A stretch of DNA of 64,000 bases from an uncultured Methylomirabilota bacterium (GCA_963845565.1 CAWJSJ010000002.1:416001-480000), one strand, 5' to 3'. Shown: positions 1-11,389, counted from the first letter of the stretch. Translations and numbers: made by a program. Notes: generated from the sequence alone by a model not told the origin.

Positions 1-184
1 GCGGCGGCTCACGCTCCGCCCCGAGACCCGGTCTATCGAGGACGACGCGTGCTGGCCGGTGGCGGCTGACGCCGCCACCGCGTTTCGCGAGGACGCCGAC
101 GAGACACAGGGCCCGGCGCGCCGAGAGGATCATCCTGCCACAGTGCAGGATGGGCAACTCGTAAGCGCATGAGCCGGCATCACA

Positions 185-361
185 CTATGGCGGGTTCTTC
201 GTCTGGCACTCCTTGGCAGCCTCGATGTTGGTGAGCTCGACCTTATCCTTCCACAACGTCTGAACCCAGATGCCGTCGGTGTCGGCGCCGACGATGGTCC
301 AAGCCTCCCCAGCCAGCAGGGCCAGTCCAAACATTAGGGCGGCGAGCCTGGGCCACCCCAT
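185..361 (-). CDS. Small hypothetical protein with signal peptide (58 aa), possibly a nonsense-interrupted remnant
   Basis: ATG at 361 preceded by AAAAGGGGA; hydrophobic N-terminus MGWPRLAALMFGLALLAG; the frame continues Cys-rich after the TAG. Confidence 0.3.
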   Translation of the reverse strand: MGWPRLAALMFGLALLAGEAWTIVGADTDGIWVQTLWKDKVELTNIEAAKECQTKNPP

Positions 362-363
362 CG

Positions 364-555
364 TCAATCCCCTTTTCGGTCGCTCCCGGGCCTTCGGCAA
401 CCCGGGTTCACTGGGATTGCGCCGAAGGGCGACGCTGGCCGGCGGAATCCTGTGGGCCGACGCAGAATTCCGTCGGCCAGGACCAATCCGCCCACCACGA
501 ACCCCACTGCCGAGAGGAGCATGACCAGGGTCATGACAACCGTGAGGACACTCAC
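364..555 (-). CDS. Small hypothetical membrane peptide (63 aa)
   Basis: One strongly hydrophobic segment VLTVVMTLVMLLSAVGFVVGGLVLA; upstream GAGGAG; tight packing with neighbours. Confidence 0.3.
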   Translation of the reverse strand: MSVLTVVMTLVMLLSAVGFVVGGLVLADGILRRPTGFRRPASPFGAIPVNPGCRRPGSDRKGD

Positions 556-960
556 GGCGTGACGCCTTTCTCCTCAGCAGGGCCGGACGGCCAGAAGCCG
601 GCCGTGCCCGACAGGGCCCCAATCCAGCCGCGATTGCACACCCTCCACAAGGGGCGCTGGAAGCGCAAGCGAAGGTCGCACTGCAGCTCGTGCGGAGCCG
701 CGACGCGCAGGGGCGCGTGGGGGCGCCTGTCGGATCCGATGCCGGAGATCAGGAACCGATTCCAGGCCAAAAAGGCGCTCACGTGCGGAGTTGGTAGCGC
801 AGGACGGGAGACCGAAGTGAGGAGGAGATCGTCCGACGGTAAGGGATCTGGGGAGGCATGACTTCACGGGATTCGAGGATGGCTTCCATCCGGGCTCTTC
901 TGCAGTGCGGGGCCGCGTCGCGGTAACCGGCAACGCGACCCCGCACCCAGTCGGTGCCGC

Positions 961-2460
961 CTACTTCTGCTCCAGGGCGGCAAACAGGCTGGCCTCTCCG
1001 CGCTTGAGGAGCACGAGGAGGGATCCGCCCTCCGCCTTCTGCGCCAGGGCCTGCGCCTCGGTAACGGAGGTCACCTTGTGGCGGTTCACCTCGAGGATGA
1101 CATCACCCGCCCGAAGGCCGGCCCGTTCGGCCGGGCTGTCGGGCTTCACGCCTGCCACCAGCACGCCTTCACCGGCGGCCACGCCGGCTCGCTGCGCCGT
1201 CCGGGCGTCCAGGTCGCGGAGCGCCAGGCCCCACTTGCCCTGGGCCGGCTCTGCCTGGCTGCCCTTCTCGGTCTCGGCGCGCTCCCCCGGCATCCGCCCG
1301 ACCTTCACGGACAGGGTCTGGTCGGAGCCATTGCGCACGATTTTCACGGGGACCGACTTGTCAACCGGCGTCTCCGCCACGAGGGCCGGCAGGTTCCCCA
1401 CCTCCGTCACGCCCTTACCGTCGAAACTCACGATCACGTCGCCGCGCTTGATGCCGGCCGCCTCAGCCGGGCCGCCCTTGGTCACGTCCGCCACCAGGGC
1501 ACCCTTGGCCTCCTTGAGGTTCAAGCTCTTCGTCAGCTCCGGGGTGAGGGGCTGGATGTTCACACCCAGATAGCCGCGAGTCACCGCACCCTTGCTCTCC
1601 AGTTGGGGCAGGATCGCCTTGACCATGTTCACGGCCACTGCGAAGCCGATCCCCTGGCCGTTGGGGATGATGGCCGTGTTGATCCCGACCACCTCGCCCT
1701 TCAGGTTGAAGAGCGGCCCGCCCGAGTTACCAGGATTGATCGGGGCGTCCGTCTGGATGAAATCGTCATACGGCCCAGCGCCGATGACCCGATTCTTGGC
1801 GCTGACGATTCCGGCCGTGACCGTATTGCTCAGGCCGAACGGGTTTCCCACCGCCATGACCCCCTCACCGACCCGCAGCCGCTCCGAGTCGCCCAGGCTG
1901 GCCACGGTGAGGGTCTCTTTGGGCTCGATCTTGACCAGGGCGATGTCCGTTTTGGGATCCCGCCCGATGACCTTGGCCGAATACTCCTTCTTGTTGGCGA
2001 GGGTCACTGTGACCTCTGTGGCGCCCTCGACCACGTGGTTGTTGGTCACGACGTGCCCGTCTTTGCTGATGATGAAGCCGCTCCCCGCCCCCTGCTGTCG
2101 ATGCTCCCGGGGCGCCTGCGGCATCTGCCCCTCGAAGAACTTGTCCATGAAGTCACCGAAGGGAGAATTCTGTCCAGGCTCTTCTGGTCTCATGAAGTTT
2201 CGACCGCCGGTTCGTTCCACCTTGGTGACCTTGATGTTCACGACACTGTTCCCTACCTGTTCCACCAGATCCGCGAGATCAGACGAAGCCGCGGCCCGCG
2301 CCGCGACCGCAGGCGCGACCGCGCTGCCGATCGCCCCGGCAGGGGTCAGTTTTCCACCGGCCAACCCCGCGCCTAACCCGCTCCCCACCAGGAGCGCGGC
2401 TGCCACAACGATCATGACGCCCTTCCGGGCCATTGCCCATTGCTTGCCCATCTGCCACAT
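961..2460 (-). CDS. degP: HtrA/DegP/DegQ family periplasmic serine protease with two PDZ domains
   Basis: GSGFII, VTNNHVV, TDIAL and INPGNSGGPL motifs (His/Asp/Ser triad); two PDZ-like repeats; N-terminal signal/anchor; AGAGGA RBS. Confidence 0.95.
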   Translation of the reverse strand: MWQMGKQWAMARKGVMIVVAAALLVGSGLGAGLAGGKLTPAGAIGSAVAPAVAARAAASSDLADLVEQVGNSVVNIKVTKVERTGGRNFMRPEEPGQNSPFGDFMDKFFEGQMPQAPREHRQQGAGSGFIISKDGHVVTNNHVVEGATEVTVTLANKKEYSAKVIGRDPKTDIALVKIEPKETLTVASLGDSERLRVGEGVMAVGNPFGLSNTVTAGIVSAKNRVIGAGPYDDFIQTDAPINPGNSGGPLFNLKGEVVGINTAIIPNGQGIGFAVAVNMVKAILPQLESKGAVTRGYLGVNIQPLTPELTKSLNLKEAKGALVADVTKGGPAEAAGIKRGDVIVSFDGKGVTEVGNLPALVAETPVDKSVPVKIVRNGSDQTLSVKVGRMPGERAETEKGSQAEPAQGKWGLALRDLDARTAQRAGVAAGEGVLVAGVKPDSPAERAGLRAGDVILEVNRHKVTSVTEAQALAQKAEGGSLLVLLKRGEASLFAALEQK

Positions 2461-2588
2461 TGTGTATCCTCCTTTGGCCAGGTGAGTGCTGCCGGGGACA
2501 ACCCCCAGCGTCGCCTCGGAGGATAGCGCGGATGTATGTGACGGGGATGAACGCAGAATGAGAATTGCTTAACCCGGACAGATCGCGT

Positions 2589-2604
2589 GGCAACCAATAG
2601 GCCA
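2589..2604 (-). promoter_or_regulatory. Candidate sigma54 -24/-12 promoter for degP
   Basis: Minus strand TGGCCTATTGGTTGCC = GG-N10-GC with TTGC, ~130 bp upstream of the start. Confidence 0.35.
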
Positions 2605-2629
2605 GCCGCGCTGCGCTCAGGAACTGGAG

Positions 2630-2715
2630 CTGTTGTCGCCCCTCTTCTGCCCGGGCCCCTGCGGATCTCCCCCTTTGCGCCTTCGTTCGCCCTGCCTCGA
2701 TTCGCAGCGGCGCTC
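2630..2715. repeat. Dispersed ~75-85 bp repeat, copy 1 of 3
   Basis: Core CCCTTTGCGCCTTCGTTCGCCCTGCCTCGATTCGCA matches the copies at 15651 and 18899. Confidence 0.85.
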
Positions 2716-2847
2716 TCTTCTTTCCCGTTGGCAGCCGTGTCTGGGGTGTCGGATACTCCCCCGCATCCCGCGGGTGCGGGGCGGCCGGCGCCCCGATCAT
2801 CGCGCGGACCCCGAAAAGCAAAGTCCTATCACTCATTCTCCTGGTGG

Positions 2848-3645
2848 TCACGCCACCAAGCCCACGCGGCGCAAGAACGCCGCGTCTTTCTCCATGCCGG
2901 GCGCCATTTCGTCCGGAAGGTTGTGCGGCTCAAGGGAGATCGGCCCCGCATACCCGTCCTGCCGAAGCCGATCCGCGAGACCCGTCCAGTTCACCGCCCC
3001 GGTCCCTAACGGCACGCAGATTACGTTTCCCCCTGCTCGATGGAGGACCCGCTTCTGGTCCCCGTGCACTTGCGGGAGGTACCGGGCGGAGTCCTTCGCA
3101 TGCATGTGGAAGATGTGCGCTTTCACGAGCTCGTAGGCATAGGGAAACCCCTCAACCCCCGCGTTGTAGTAGTTGTCGGGGTCGTAGTTGACGCCGAGCC
3201 GGGGATGATCTACCGCCCGGACGATAGCCAGGAGATCCTCAGGCTGCCTGGTCATGCGAATAACTTGGTTCTCCATCGCGATCCGGATGTGTGCATAATC
3301 GGACTGCTCCAAGAGTTCGCACACCATGCGCCGGAAGGCCTCCAGGCTGCCCGCGCGGCTCATGTCTGCCCGCTCCACCGCGTCATCGAACACAACAACG
3401 ATCGGAGACTCGATCATCTGGGCGACCTTCATGGCTGCGGCGAGCTCCGAGGTGGCACAGTTGACGTGGATACCCAGGCCGCGCTCCACGAGTTCGCGGC
3501 GAACTCGCTCGTTTCCATCCCGCGCGATCCGCGACACGGCCAACTCCACGAATCGAGCTTTCAGCGCCGCCGCGAGCTCGCAGATCTTCTCCACCGGCCA
3601 GTGCGGGTATTCCCCTCCATTGATACCGAGCGGACTGAGCGCCAT
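2848..3645 (-). CDS. Sugar phosphate isomerase/epimerase (xylose isomerase-like TIM barrel)
   Basis: IAMENQ, VNYDPDN, HMHAKD, PLGTGAVNW and YAGPISLEPH motifs; AAGGAG RBS. Confidence 0.85.
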   Translation of the reverse strand: MALSPLGINGGEYPHWPVEKICELAAALKARFVELAVSRIARDGNERVRRELVERGLGIHVNCATSELAAAMKVAQMIESPIVVVFDDAVERADMSRAGSLEAFRRMVCELLEQSDYAHIRIAMENQVIRMTRQPEDLLAIVRAVDHPRLGVNYDPDNYYNAGVEGFPYAYELVKAHIFHMHAKDSARYLPQVHGDQKRVLHRAGGNVICVPLGTGAVNWTGLADRLRQDGYAGPISLEPHNLPDEMAPGMEKDAAFLRRVGLVA

Positions 3646-3895
3646 GTGCGTCTCCTTTTTCCAGGCATGGAGTTCAAGGGCCTCAGGAGTCTACCATCCC
3701 ACCTGCTCGTTGACCGTCGCCCCACGAGGGCGCTCCACCGACAACGACATCATCCCGCGCGTGCGTGCTGGCCCTCCCACCTCGGCGGTGCGTCCCAATT
3801 CGGGGTTCAGAAGATTCGGCAGGCATCTCCGAGACTCTGGAATCCGAAGAGGCATGGGGCCTCATGAGAGCTCCCCTTCCGGGGCAGACCAAGGC

Positions 3896-4864
3896 CTAGC
3901 CATTCTTCGTGTACAGATGGCAGGCAACCCAATGGTCCGGTTCGATCTCGACGAGGTCCGGGTCGACCTGACCGCAGATCTCCATGGCCTGTGGACAGCG
4001 CATCTGGAAACGGCAGCGCGGCGGCGGGTCCAGGGGGCTGGGCACGTCGCCAACGAGCGCGGGAGGCCGTGGCGGGGCATCGGGGTCAGCCACTGGGGCC
4101 GACGCGAGCAAGCCTTGAGTGTACGGGTGGAGCGGACTCGCGTAGAGCGCGCCACTCGGCGCCACCTCCATGATCCGCCCCAGGTACATCACCGCGACCC
4201 GTGTGCTGAAGTGTTCGACCACGGCGAGGTTGTGGGCAATGAACAGGTACGTCAACCCGAGAGATCCGCTGAGGTCCGCCATCAGGTTCAGGATCTGCGC
4301 CTGGATCGACACGTCCAGCGAGGACACCGGCTCGTCGGCGATGATGAAATCGGGGTTGAGGGCCAATGCGCGAGCAATGGCCACTCGCTGGGCCTGTCCG
4401 CCTGAGAGCTGATGGGGATAGCGTCGCGCATGATCGAGGTCCAACCCCACCAAACGGAGAAGCTCGGCGACGCGCTCCCTCCGCTCGGCCTTGGAGCCGA
4501 CGCCGTGAATATCCAGTGGGTCACGGATGGCCTGGCCAATGGCAACTCGTGGGTCAAGCGAGCCATGCGGGTTCTGGAAGATGATCTGCATGCGGCGGCG
4601 AAGACGCCGCATGGCGTCTCCGGGCAATGCTGTGAGATCCTGTCCATCGAAAAGAACGCGCCCCGAGGTCGGTTTCTCCAGGTGAAGGATCGCGCGGCCC
4701 AGGGTGGATTTGCCACACCCGCTCTCCCCGACCAGGGCGAGGATCTCATTGCGGCGGATCGTCAGGCTGACCCGATCAACCGCGTGGAGGACGGCGCGTC
4801 GGCCCGTCGGCCCGCGAACGGAGAAGAACTTGCACAGATCCTCCGCCGCGACCAGATCTGTCAC
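3896..4864 (-). CDS. Oligopeptide/dipeptide ABC transporter ATP-binding subunit (OppF/DppF-like)
   Basis: GESGCGKST Walker A, LSGGQAQR signature, IIADEP Walker B, HPYT and C-terminal Cys motif; GTG start overlaps the upstream stop. Confidence 0.93.
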   Translation of the reverse strand: MTDLVAAEDLCKFFSVRGPTGRRAVLHAVDRVSLTIRRNEILALVGESGCGKSTLGRAILHLEKPTSGRVLFDGQDLTALPGDAMRRLRRRMQIIFQNPHGSLDPRVAIGQAIRDPLDIHGVGSKAERRERVAELLRLVGLDLDHARRYPHQLSGGQAQRVAIARALALNPDFIIADEPVSSLDVSIQAQILNLMADLSGSLGLTYLFIAHNLAVVEHFSTRVAVMYLGRIMEVAPSGALYASPLHPYTQGLLASAPVADPDAPPRPPALVGDVPSPLDPPPRCRFQMRCPQAMEICGQVDPDLVEIEPDHWVACHLYTKNG

Positions 4865-5840
4865 GGTTCCTCCGCCAGGGGGAAATGGCACCGTACCTGG
4901 CGCCCGCCGCCTGCAGACACGAGAAGCGGCTCCTCGGCGCCGCAGCGTGTCTCGGCTCGCGGACACCGAGGTGCAAAGCGGCAGCCCACGGGGAGAGCGC
5001 GGAGGTCCGGGGGTTGACCAGGGATCTGTTCCAGCCTGTCCCGTTTGTGACCGAGGCGCGGCATCGAGTTCAGTAGTCCCGCGGTGTAGGGGTGGCGCGG
5101 TGCCCGGAACAGGTCTCGCGTCCCACTCGATTCCATCACCTGACCGGCGTACATCACGACGACGCGATCGCACATCTGCGCCGTGATGGCCAGATCGTGG
5201 GTGATAAGAATGATGGCCGTTTTCAGTTCCTGGCGGATGGTTCGGAGCAGATCCAGGATCTGCGCTTGCACGCTCACGTCGAGGGCCGTGGTGGGCTCGT
5301 CGGCGATCAGCAACGAAGGTTGACCGGCCAACCCCATGCCGATCATGACTCGCTGGGCCATGCCACCGCTGAATTGGTGGGGATAGGCGCGGATCTGGGA
5401 CTTCGGGCTGGGATCCTCACCCGTTCCAGAACCTCTACGCTGGCAGTCGTGACATTGCCTGTCCGAAGATGAGGATGCGCCCGAAACACCTCAGCGATGT
5501 GGTTCCCCACGGTGAACACGGGATCGAGGGCCGTCATGGGATTCTGGAAGATCATCGCCATCTCGCTTCCCCGCAGAGCCCGGATCTCGCGGTCGGACAT
5601 GGACAGGATGTCTCGTCCCTTGAACAGAATCCGGCCGGCGGCGATGCGACCGGGCGGTCGGACCAGTCGCATCAGCGCGAGGGTGGTGACCGACTTGCCG
5701 CAGCCGCTCTCGCCAACCAGCCCTACGATCTCGCCGCGGGAGACGGTGAAAGAGACACCGTCGGCCGCGCGGACCGCCCCCTGGAGCGTCGGAAACTCAA
5801 CGCGGAGATCGGAGACGTCCAAGAGGATGTCCTCGCGCAT
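4861..5840 (-). CDS. Oligopeptide/dipeptide ABC ATP-binding subunit (OppD/DppD-like), frameshifted near 5400
   Basis: Walker A GESGCGKS in ORF 5343-5840; SGGMAQR and [11 protein letters not shown] in ORF 4861-5361. Confidence 0.9.
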
Positions 5841-5844
5841 CCTT

Positions 5845-6756
5845 CTATACCTTCAGGCGCGGATCTAATACATCGCGCAGCCAGTCAGCCACCACGTTGA
5901 TGCTCAACACCGTGAGCGTGATTGCCACTCCGGGAAACGTGACCACCCACCAGGCGCCGCCGAGAAGATAGGTGCGTCCGTCCGCCAGCATGACGCCCCA
6001 ACTGACAGTGGGAGGCTGGATTCCCAGCCCGAGGAACGACAGCGACGATTCCAGCGTGATAATGCCGGCCAGTTCGAGGGAACCTACCACAATCACGGCA
6101 CTCAGAAGATTCGGCAGGACGTGCTGCAGGATGATGCGCCAGTCGCGAGCGCCCATGGCTCGATAGGCCTGGATGAACTCTCGCTCGCGTAGGGAGAGGG
6201 TTTGGCCTCTCGCCAGCCGGGCATACACCACCCATCCGTAGAGTGCCAGGACGAGCACGACGTTTTGGGTGCTGGTCCCAATGACCACGATGATCGCAAT
6301 CGCAAGCAGGACGTACGGGATCGACAGTTGGACATCCGCGATCCGCATGATCCAGTCGTCCACTCGCCCACCGTAGTAGCCGGCCAGGAGCCCGATGGTC
6401 ACCCCGATGGTCCCGGAGATGACGAGCGCGCTGAGGGCGACGATAAGAGAGATTCGTGCGCCGTAGATAACCCTCGAAAGGATGTCCCGCCCCAGTTGAT
6501 CCGTGCCGAGCGGATGCGACCCGTTGCCCCCCAGCATCCATCCGGGAGGCTTGAGGCGCAAAGTGATTTCTTGGTCGTTGGGCTTATGCGGGGCCAGGTA
6601 CGACGGAAACAGGGCACAGATCACGATCATGGCCAGGATCAGGAACGCCAGCAGCACGAGCACATCCCCACTCTGGACGCGCGATAATCGGTGGCCGGTC
6701 ACCGCTCTCACCGCCGCACCGGGCGCCGTGGGGTTGGGCGTTCGCGGTCCGCTCAT
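5845..6756 (-). CDS. ABC permease (OppC/DppC-like)
   Basis: HPLGTDQLGRD, EAA-type loop REFIQAYRAMGA, LSFLGLG, LRDVLDPR. Confidence 0.93.
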   Translation of the reverse strand: MSGPRTPNPTAPGAAVRAVTGHRLSRVQSGDVLVLLAFLILAMIVICALFPSYLAPHKPNDQEITLRLKPPGWMLGGNGSHPLGTDQLGRDILSRVIYGARISLIVALSALVISGTIGVTIGLLAGYYGGRVDDWIMRIADVQLSIPYVLLAIAIIVVIGTSTQNVVLVLALYGWVVYARLARGQTLSLREREFIQAYRAMGARDWRIILQHVLPNLLSAVIVVGSLELAGIITLESSLSFLGLGIQPPTVSWGVMLADGRTYLLGGAWWVVTFPGVAITLTVLSINVVADWLRDVLDPRLKV

Positions 6757-7673
6757 GAGTAGCGAATCCTGGGATCGAGAAAGCCGTACAGTAGGTCCAC
6801 CACGAGGTTGAGGGCAATGAACATCCCAGAGGCCAGAACGACGGCGGCCTGGACCACGGGGAAATCCCGCTCGTGGATCGCCATGACGGTGTAGTGACCG
6901 ATTCCCGGCCAGCCGAAGATCGTCTCGGTGATCACCGCGCCGCCCAGCATATAGCCGAACTGCAAGGCCGCAATGGTGACGACCGGGAGCGATGCGTTCT
7001 TGAGGGCGTGCTTGCCCACGACGAGGGCCTCCCAGAGTCCGCGGGCCCTCGCCGCCAGAATGTAGTCCTGGTTCAGCACGTCCACCAGGCTGGAACGCAC
7101 CAGACGGGTGATGCGCGCCAAGGGGTAGAGGGCCAGGGTGGCGGCTGGGAGGATCAGGTGCTGGATCCCGCCAGCCCCGCCGGCCGGCAGCCAGCGGAGA
7201 CCGACCGCGAAGACGAGGATCATGAGAAGGCCCACCCAGAAGATGGGCATCGATTGGCCGACCATGGTGAGCAGCATGAGCATTCGGTCCAGCAGCGACC
7301 CCCTGAACGTCGCCGACACCAAGCCCAGCGGCAGCGACAACGTCAACGCGATGACCAGGGACAGGAGCGCCAGCTGAACGGTGAATCCGACGCGCCGAAG
7401 CACAAGTCGCATGGCGGGCTCGCCGGACCGCAGAGATTTTCCCAGGTCGCCGCGCACCGCTCCCGCGAGGAAACGCGCGTACTGGATCGGCACAGGCTGA
7501 TCGAATCCGAGCTCGTGTCGTAACTGTTCGAGCTCGGTCTGGGCGGCGGGCGTGCCAGCCAGCAGCACCGCGACGGGATCACCGGTCAGATAGAGCAGAC
7601 CGAATACCACCGTGGCCACCGCCCAGTAGGTAATCGCGGCGAGAACAAGACGCCGCCGGAGGTATCGCCACAT
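6753..7673 (-). CDS. ABC permease (OppB/DppB-like)
   Basis: GDPV, GDLGKSL, DYILAARARGL, ETIFGWPGIG, LDPRIR. Confidence 0.93.
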   Translation of the reverse strand: MWRYLRRRLVLAAITYWAVATVVFGLLYLTGDPVAVLLAGTPAAQTELEQLRHELGFDQPVPIQYARFLAGAVRGDLGKSLRSGEPAMRLVLRRVGFTVQLALLSLVIALTLSLPLGLVSATFRGSLLDRMLMLLTMVGQSMPIFWVGLLMILVFAVGLRWLPAGGAGGIQHLILPAATLALYPLARITRLVRSSLVDVLNQDYILAARARGLWEALVVGKHALKNASLPVVTIAALQFGYMLGGAVITETIFGWPGIGHYTVMAIHERDFPVVQAAVVLASGMFIALNLVVDLLYGFLDPRIRYS

Positions 7674-7857
7674 GGAATGCCTTCCTGCTACGGCCAAACC
7701 GCGTTACAAATCGGCGACGCGCTCTTGCCCTTCGGCATTCAGCGGGGTTCCCGCCGCGGCGACACAGGCGAGCCCTCCGGAGATGTCACAGAGGGCTCGC
7801 CTGGCCTAACGCGGAAACACTCACGCCAGAGAGATCGCCTCACCGGCGGCCTGCACC

Positions 7858-9405
7858 CTACGCAGTCATCGTGGCGAACTGCAGGTGCATCCGCTCGTAC
7901 GGAGTTGGGTTCCACTGCAGCTTCTTGTTGACCCCGTAGATGTGCTCCTCATCGTACAGGAACAACCATGGACAGTACTCGTCCACCACGTACTTCTCGA
8001 ACTCCTGCGCGATGGGGACGCGCTTCGCCGGGTCGACCTCGTGCCGCAGCCGATCCAGCAGGCCGTCCATCTTGTCGTTGTAGGAATACTTGTACAGGCC
8101 CTTGGACCAGAATGGGACCTGCCATTCGTACGACGGGTCCAGCCACAGCGGTCCGACGGACCACATGTTCATTCCGGTGGCTTTCTGCGTGGTGTAGAGC
8201 GACGAGACAGTATTGAACTCGCCACCCTTCTGGTTAAACCGGATGCCGACCTTGGCCGCCATGCCCACGATGGCCGTGGCCACATCCTTGTCATTCAGCC
8301 ACCGCCCGATAGGATGGTTGTAGTCGAGGTCGATCCCATTGGGGTAACCGGCCTGCGTCAGCAGTTTCTTGGCCTGTTCCGGATCGTACTTGTAGCCCAC
8401 CAGCTTCTCCGGTGCATCCCCGATGTAGCCGGGTTTGTTGATCCCCTTCGCTGGGTACGCATGCCCGCCCAAGACGTTCTTGACGATGGAGTCGACGTCG
8501 ATGGCGTAGTTGATGGCCTTCCGCACAAGTGGGTTGTCGGTGGGCGGCACGAAGCAGTTGAAGAAGCAGTAGACGCGGCGCAGGGCCCGGACGGTTCGGA
8601 CGTCGGCCGTCCGCTGGATCCGGCTGATCAACTCGGGAGACACGCCGATGATCAGATCGGCCTCGCCGGTTTCGAGGAGCGCGACCCGGGTCGCCGTCTC
8701 TGGCTGTGCCCGGAAGGTGAGTGCCTGGATCTGTGGCTTGGGGCCCCAATACGTGGGATTGGCCTCGAACTTGATGTGCACGCCTTCTTGCCAGTCGACG
8801 AAACGATAGGGACCACTGCCGATGGGCTTCCTGCCAAAGCGGGCCTTGCCGCCGGACTCGACATAGTACTTGGGGGGCAGGAAAAAGAAAAACGCGGTGG
8901 AAGCCGGCGTGGCCGCGTAGGCCCCTTCAGTCACGATGTCGAAGCTGAGCTTGTCGACCGGGACGACTTCCTTGATGTGCGCCATGAAGGGCGCCGCCAT
9001 CCCCTTGTTGCCCTTGATGGTCTCTATGCTGAACTTGGCGACTTCGGAGTTGATCTCCTCCCCGTTGGAGAACTTGAGGCCCGGCCGGAGGTAGAACCGC
9101 CACCGGTCGGGGGTCTTGCTCTCCCAGCGCTCACACAGGAGCGGCTCCAGCTTCATAACCTTTTGGGCGGCGTCGTACTTATACACCGCCGGCGTTTCGA
9201 GCATGTGGAGGTACAGGTTCCCGGCATTAGCGTTGGTATCCATCGAGGGATCGAGGGACTGGGGCCACGCGGTTTGTACGACCACGACCGGCTTGCCGGG
9301 GGCGGCGGCGGCCCGAGCGCGGCCGGTGTGTCCGGCAATCATCGCCCCACCGGCGCCCATGGCCGTCAAACGAAGAAATTCCCGACGGGTAGTCTTCCTG
9401 CTCAT
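7858..9405 (-). CDS. ABC substrate-binding protein, family 5, Tat-exported
   Basis: TRREFL twin-arginine signal; LRPGLKFSNG, PIGSGPY, ANPTYWG, VRKAINYAID. Confidence 0.93.
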   Translation of the reverse strand: MSRKTTRREFLRLTAMGAGGAMIAGHTGRARAAAAPGKPVVVVQTAWPQSLDPSMDTNANAGNLYLHMLETPAVYKYDAAQKVMKLEPLLCERWESKTPDRWRFYLRPGLKFSNGEEINSEVAKFSIETIKGNKGMAAPFMAHIKEVVPVDKLSFDIVTEGAYAATPASTAFFFFLPPKYYVESGGKARFGRKPIGSGPYRFVDWQEGVHIKFEANPTYWGPKPQIQALTFRAQPETATRVALLETGEADLIIGVSPELISRIQRTADVRTVRALRRVYCFFNCFVPPTDNPLVRKAINYAIDVDSIVKNVLGGHAYPAKGINKPGYIGDAPEKLVGYKYDPEQAKKLLTQAGYPNGIDLDYNHPIGRWLNDKDVATAIVGMAAKVGIRFNQKGGEFNTVSSLYTTQKATGMNMWSVGPLWLDPSYEWQVPFWSKGLYKYSYNDKMDGLLDRLRHEVDPAKRVPIAQEFEKYVVDEYCPWLFLYDEEHIYGVNKKLQWNPTPYERMHLQFATMTA

Positions 9406-9815
9406 CGGCTCCTCCTCTCCCTTTGCGGAACCCGAAAGCGTTGTATCGAGAACAGCGCGTACTCGTCGGCACCGAAGTGTGTTTAGTAACCACCTCCCCT
9501 GCTGGCGTCGCTACACCTATCGGCCAACCGTTGATGCGATCGCACGGAACTCTCGAAGGTCGAGCAGTGGCATGACCCCGGCTGTCGGTCGTCGCCGATC
9601 CCGCCAGGCAGGACCCATTGCCGGGAAGCTGGCGAAGGCGATCGCCCACGGGAGCGATCTCGTCTAGAGACGACAAATCCGTTTCAGATACATCGTCAAG
9701 CCCGGCGGAGAGGGAAACCGCTCGACGCGTGGAGTGTATGCGTGCATGCTGTCCCTTGTCAACGACCAGCGCCAGCGCACCGCCCGTCTGTGCCCGCGCT
9801 CATCGAGAGACACCA

Positions 9816-11389
9816 TTAGCACTCCTCGAGCCCGCCGTCGCCTCTCGGATCGGACGCGCCGCTCGCTTTCCCCGTGTCTTCTCGGATCCACTTCTACCAG
9901 GCACGCCCGGCCGCCGTACAGATCTTCGCGCAACCGGTATCCGCAGAGCTGGAGGTCCTTTCGGACGTCGAGGGGGAAGAAGCCGTCCACCCGCAGCTCT
10001 TTAGGGTCGTTCTCGCAGTGGATACGGGCGCTTGCCACCGCCGCCGAGGGTGAGACGCCGAAATCGACGATGCCGACGATGACGTGGGCCATGGAACTGG
10101 TCTTCCGTCCGCCGTGAGGCGAGCCCAGCGCCATGCGTACCTTGTCATCCTGGAACATGATGGTGGGCCCACCCCCAGATATGGGGCGCTTTCCGGGGAC
10201 AACGGAGTTGACGTGCCCAGGACGGGGATCGAACATCGACATCCCGTTGTTGTACATGAACCCGAGACCGGGAGTCACGACGCCCGAGCCGTAGCACACG
10301 GTGTGAGTCATGCTCACGGCGGACCCTTCATCGTCATAGGTCGTCACCTGAGTCGTGCCGGCGAGAGCAGAGGGCGGAAAGGTTGACCTGCGCGGCACGT
10401 CGCCGATCCGGGCTCTCAGGTCGGCTGCGTGCTCCTTGGATACCAGGAGTTCGAACAGCGAGGGGCTGAAGCCGGGCTCGATAAACCGGGTCCGCTCGGC
10501 GAAGACCAGATACAGGGCGCGGGCCATGAGGTCGTAGTAGGCCGCGGTGCCCTGCCCCAAGGACCGAAGATCGTATCCCTCAAGGACGTTGAGCAACGTG
10601 ATCAGCAGAGCACCAATGGCGGGCGGGGGATCGGTGGCAATGGTTAGTCCACGATAACTGCCCCGGAGGGGTTTCCGTATCTCGGCCCGACACTCGGCGA
10701 GATCGCGAGCCGTGACCGGCGCCCCGTTCCGTGCCAGGTCTTCCGCCATCCTGCACCCGATCTCTCCCGTGTAAAAGTCGTCAGGCCCTGCCGTGGCGAG
10801 GCGTCGAAGGGTGCGCGCCAACTTGGGTTGAACAAGCCGCTCGCCGATGTGATCGACCCGACCGTTGACCGTGAAGACGTCGGCACAAGCCTTCGTGACC
10901 GAGAGCATCCGGGCGCCATCGAACGGACAGGACGTTTGCTGGACGGACGCTCGGCCCGCCAGTACTGATGCATGTAAGGATAGACCGTGAAGCCCTCCTC
11001 CGCGTATCGAATGGCGGGCTGAGGATGGTCGCCCACGAGACGCGGCCGCTGCCGAACGCTTCGAAGGCGGTCTGCGTGCCTCGAACGAATGTGGGGACCA
11101 AGATGGAATCATACCCGAAGAAGATGTCTCCAGGCTGGGCGCCGACGAACATGTCGGGGCGGGCGGCGGATCCGGCCCGGTCGAGGAAATCGACGATCAC
11201 GTTGCGGCCGGTAGGCGCGTGGAAGAGGTTCATCACACCCGTTGCCGCGATGGTTGTCATGGCCGGAGAGACCACGGTCTGCGCGTATGCGGTCGCCAGA
11301 GCCGCGTCGACGGCCGAGCCCCCTTTGCGGAAGATCTCGGCCCCCGCCTCGGCGGCGAGGGGTTCCGGGCATACGACAATTCGGTTCAA
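9816..11389 (-). CDS. ggt: Gamma-glutamyltransferase family protein (about three frameshifts)
   Basis: GGSAVDAALA, PAIRYAEEGF, DFYTGEIG, nucleophile motif GTTQVT, GSGVVTPGLGFMYNNGM, PGKRP; C-terminal GASDPRGDG recoverable in a shifted frame ending TAA at 9816. Confidence 0.88.
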
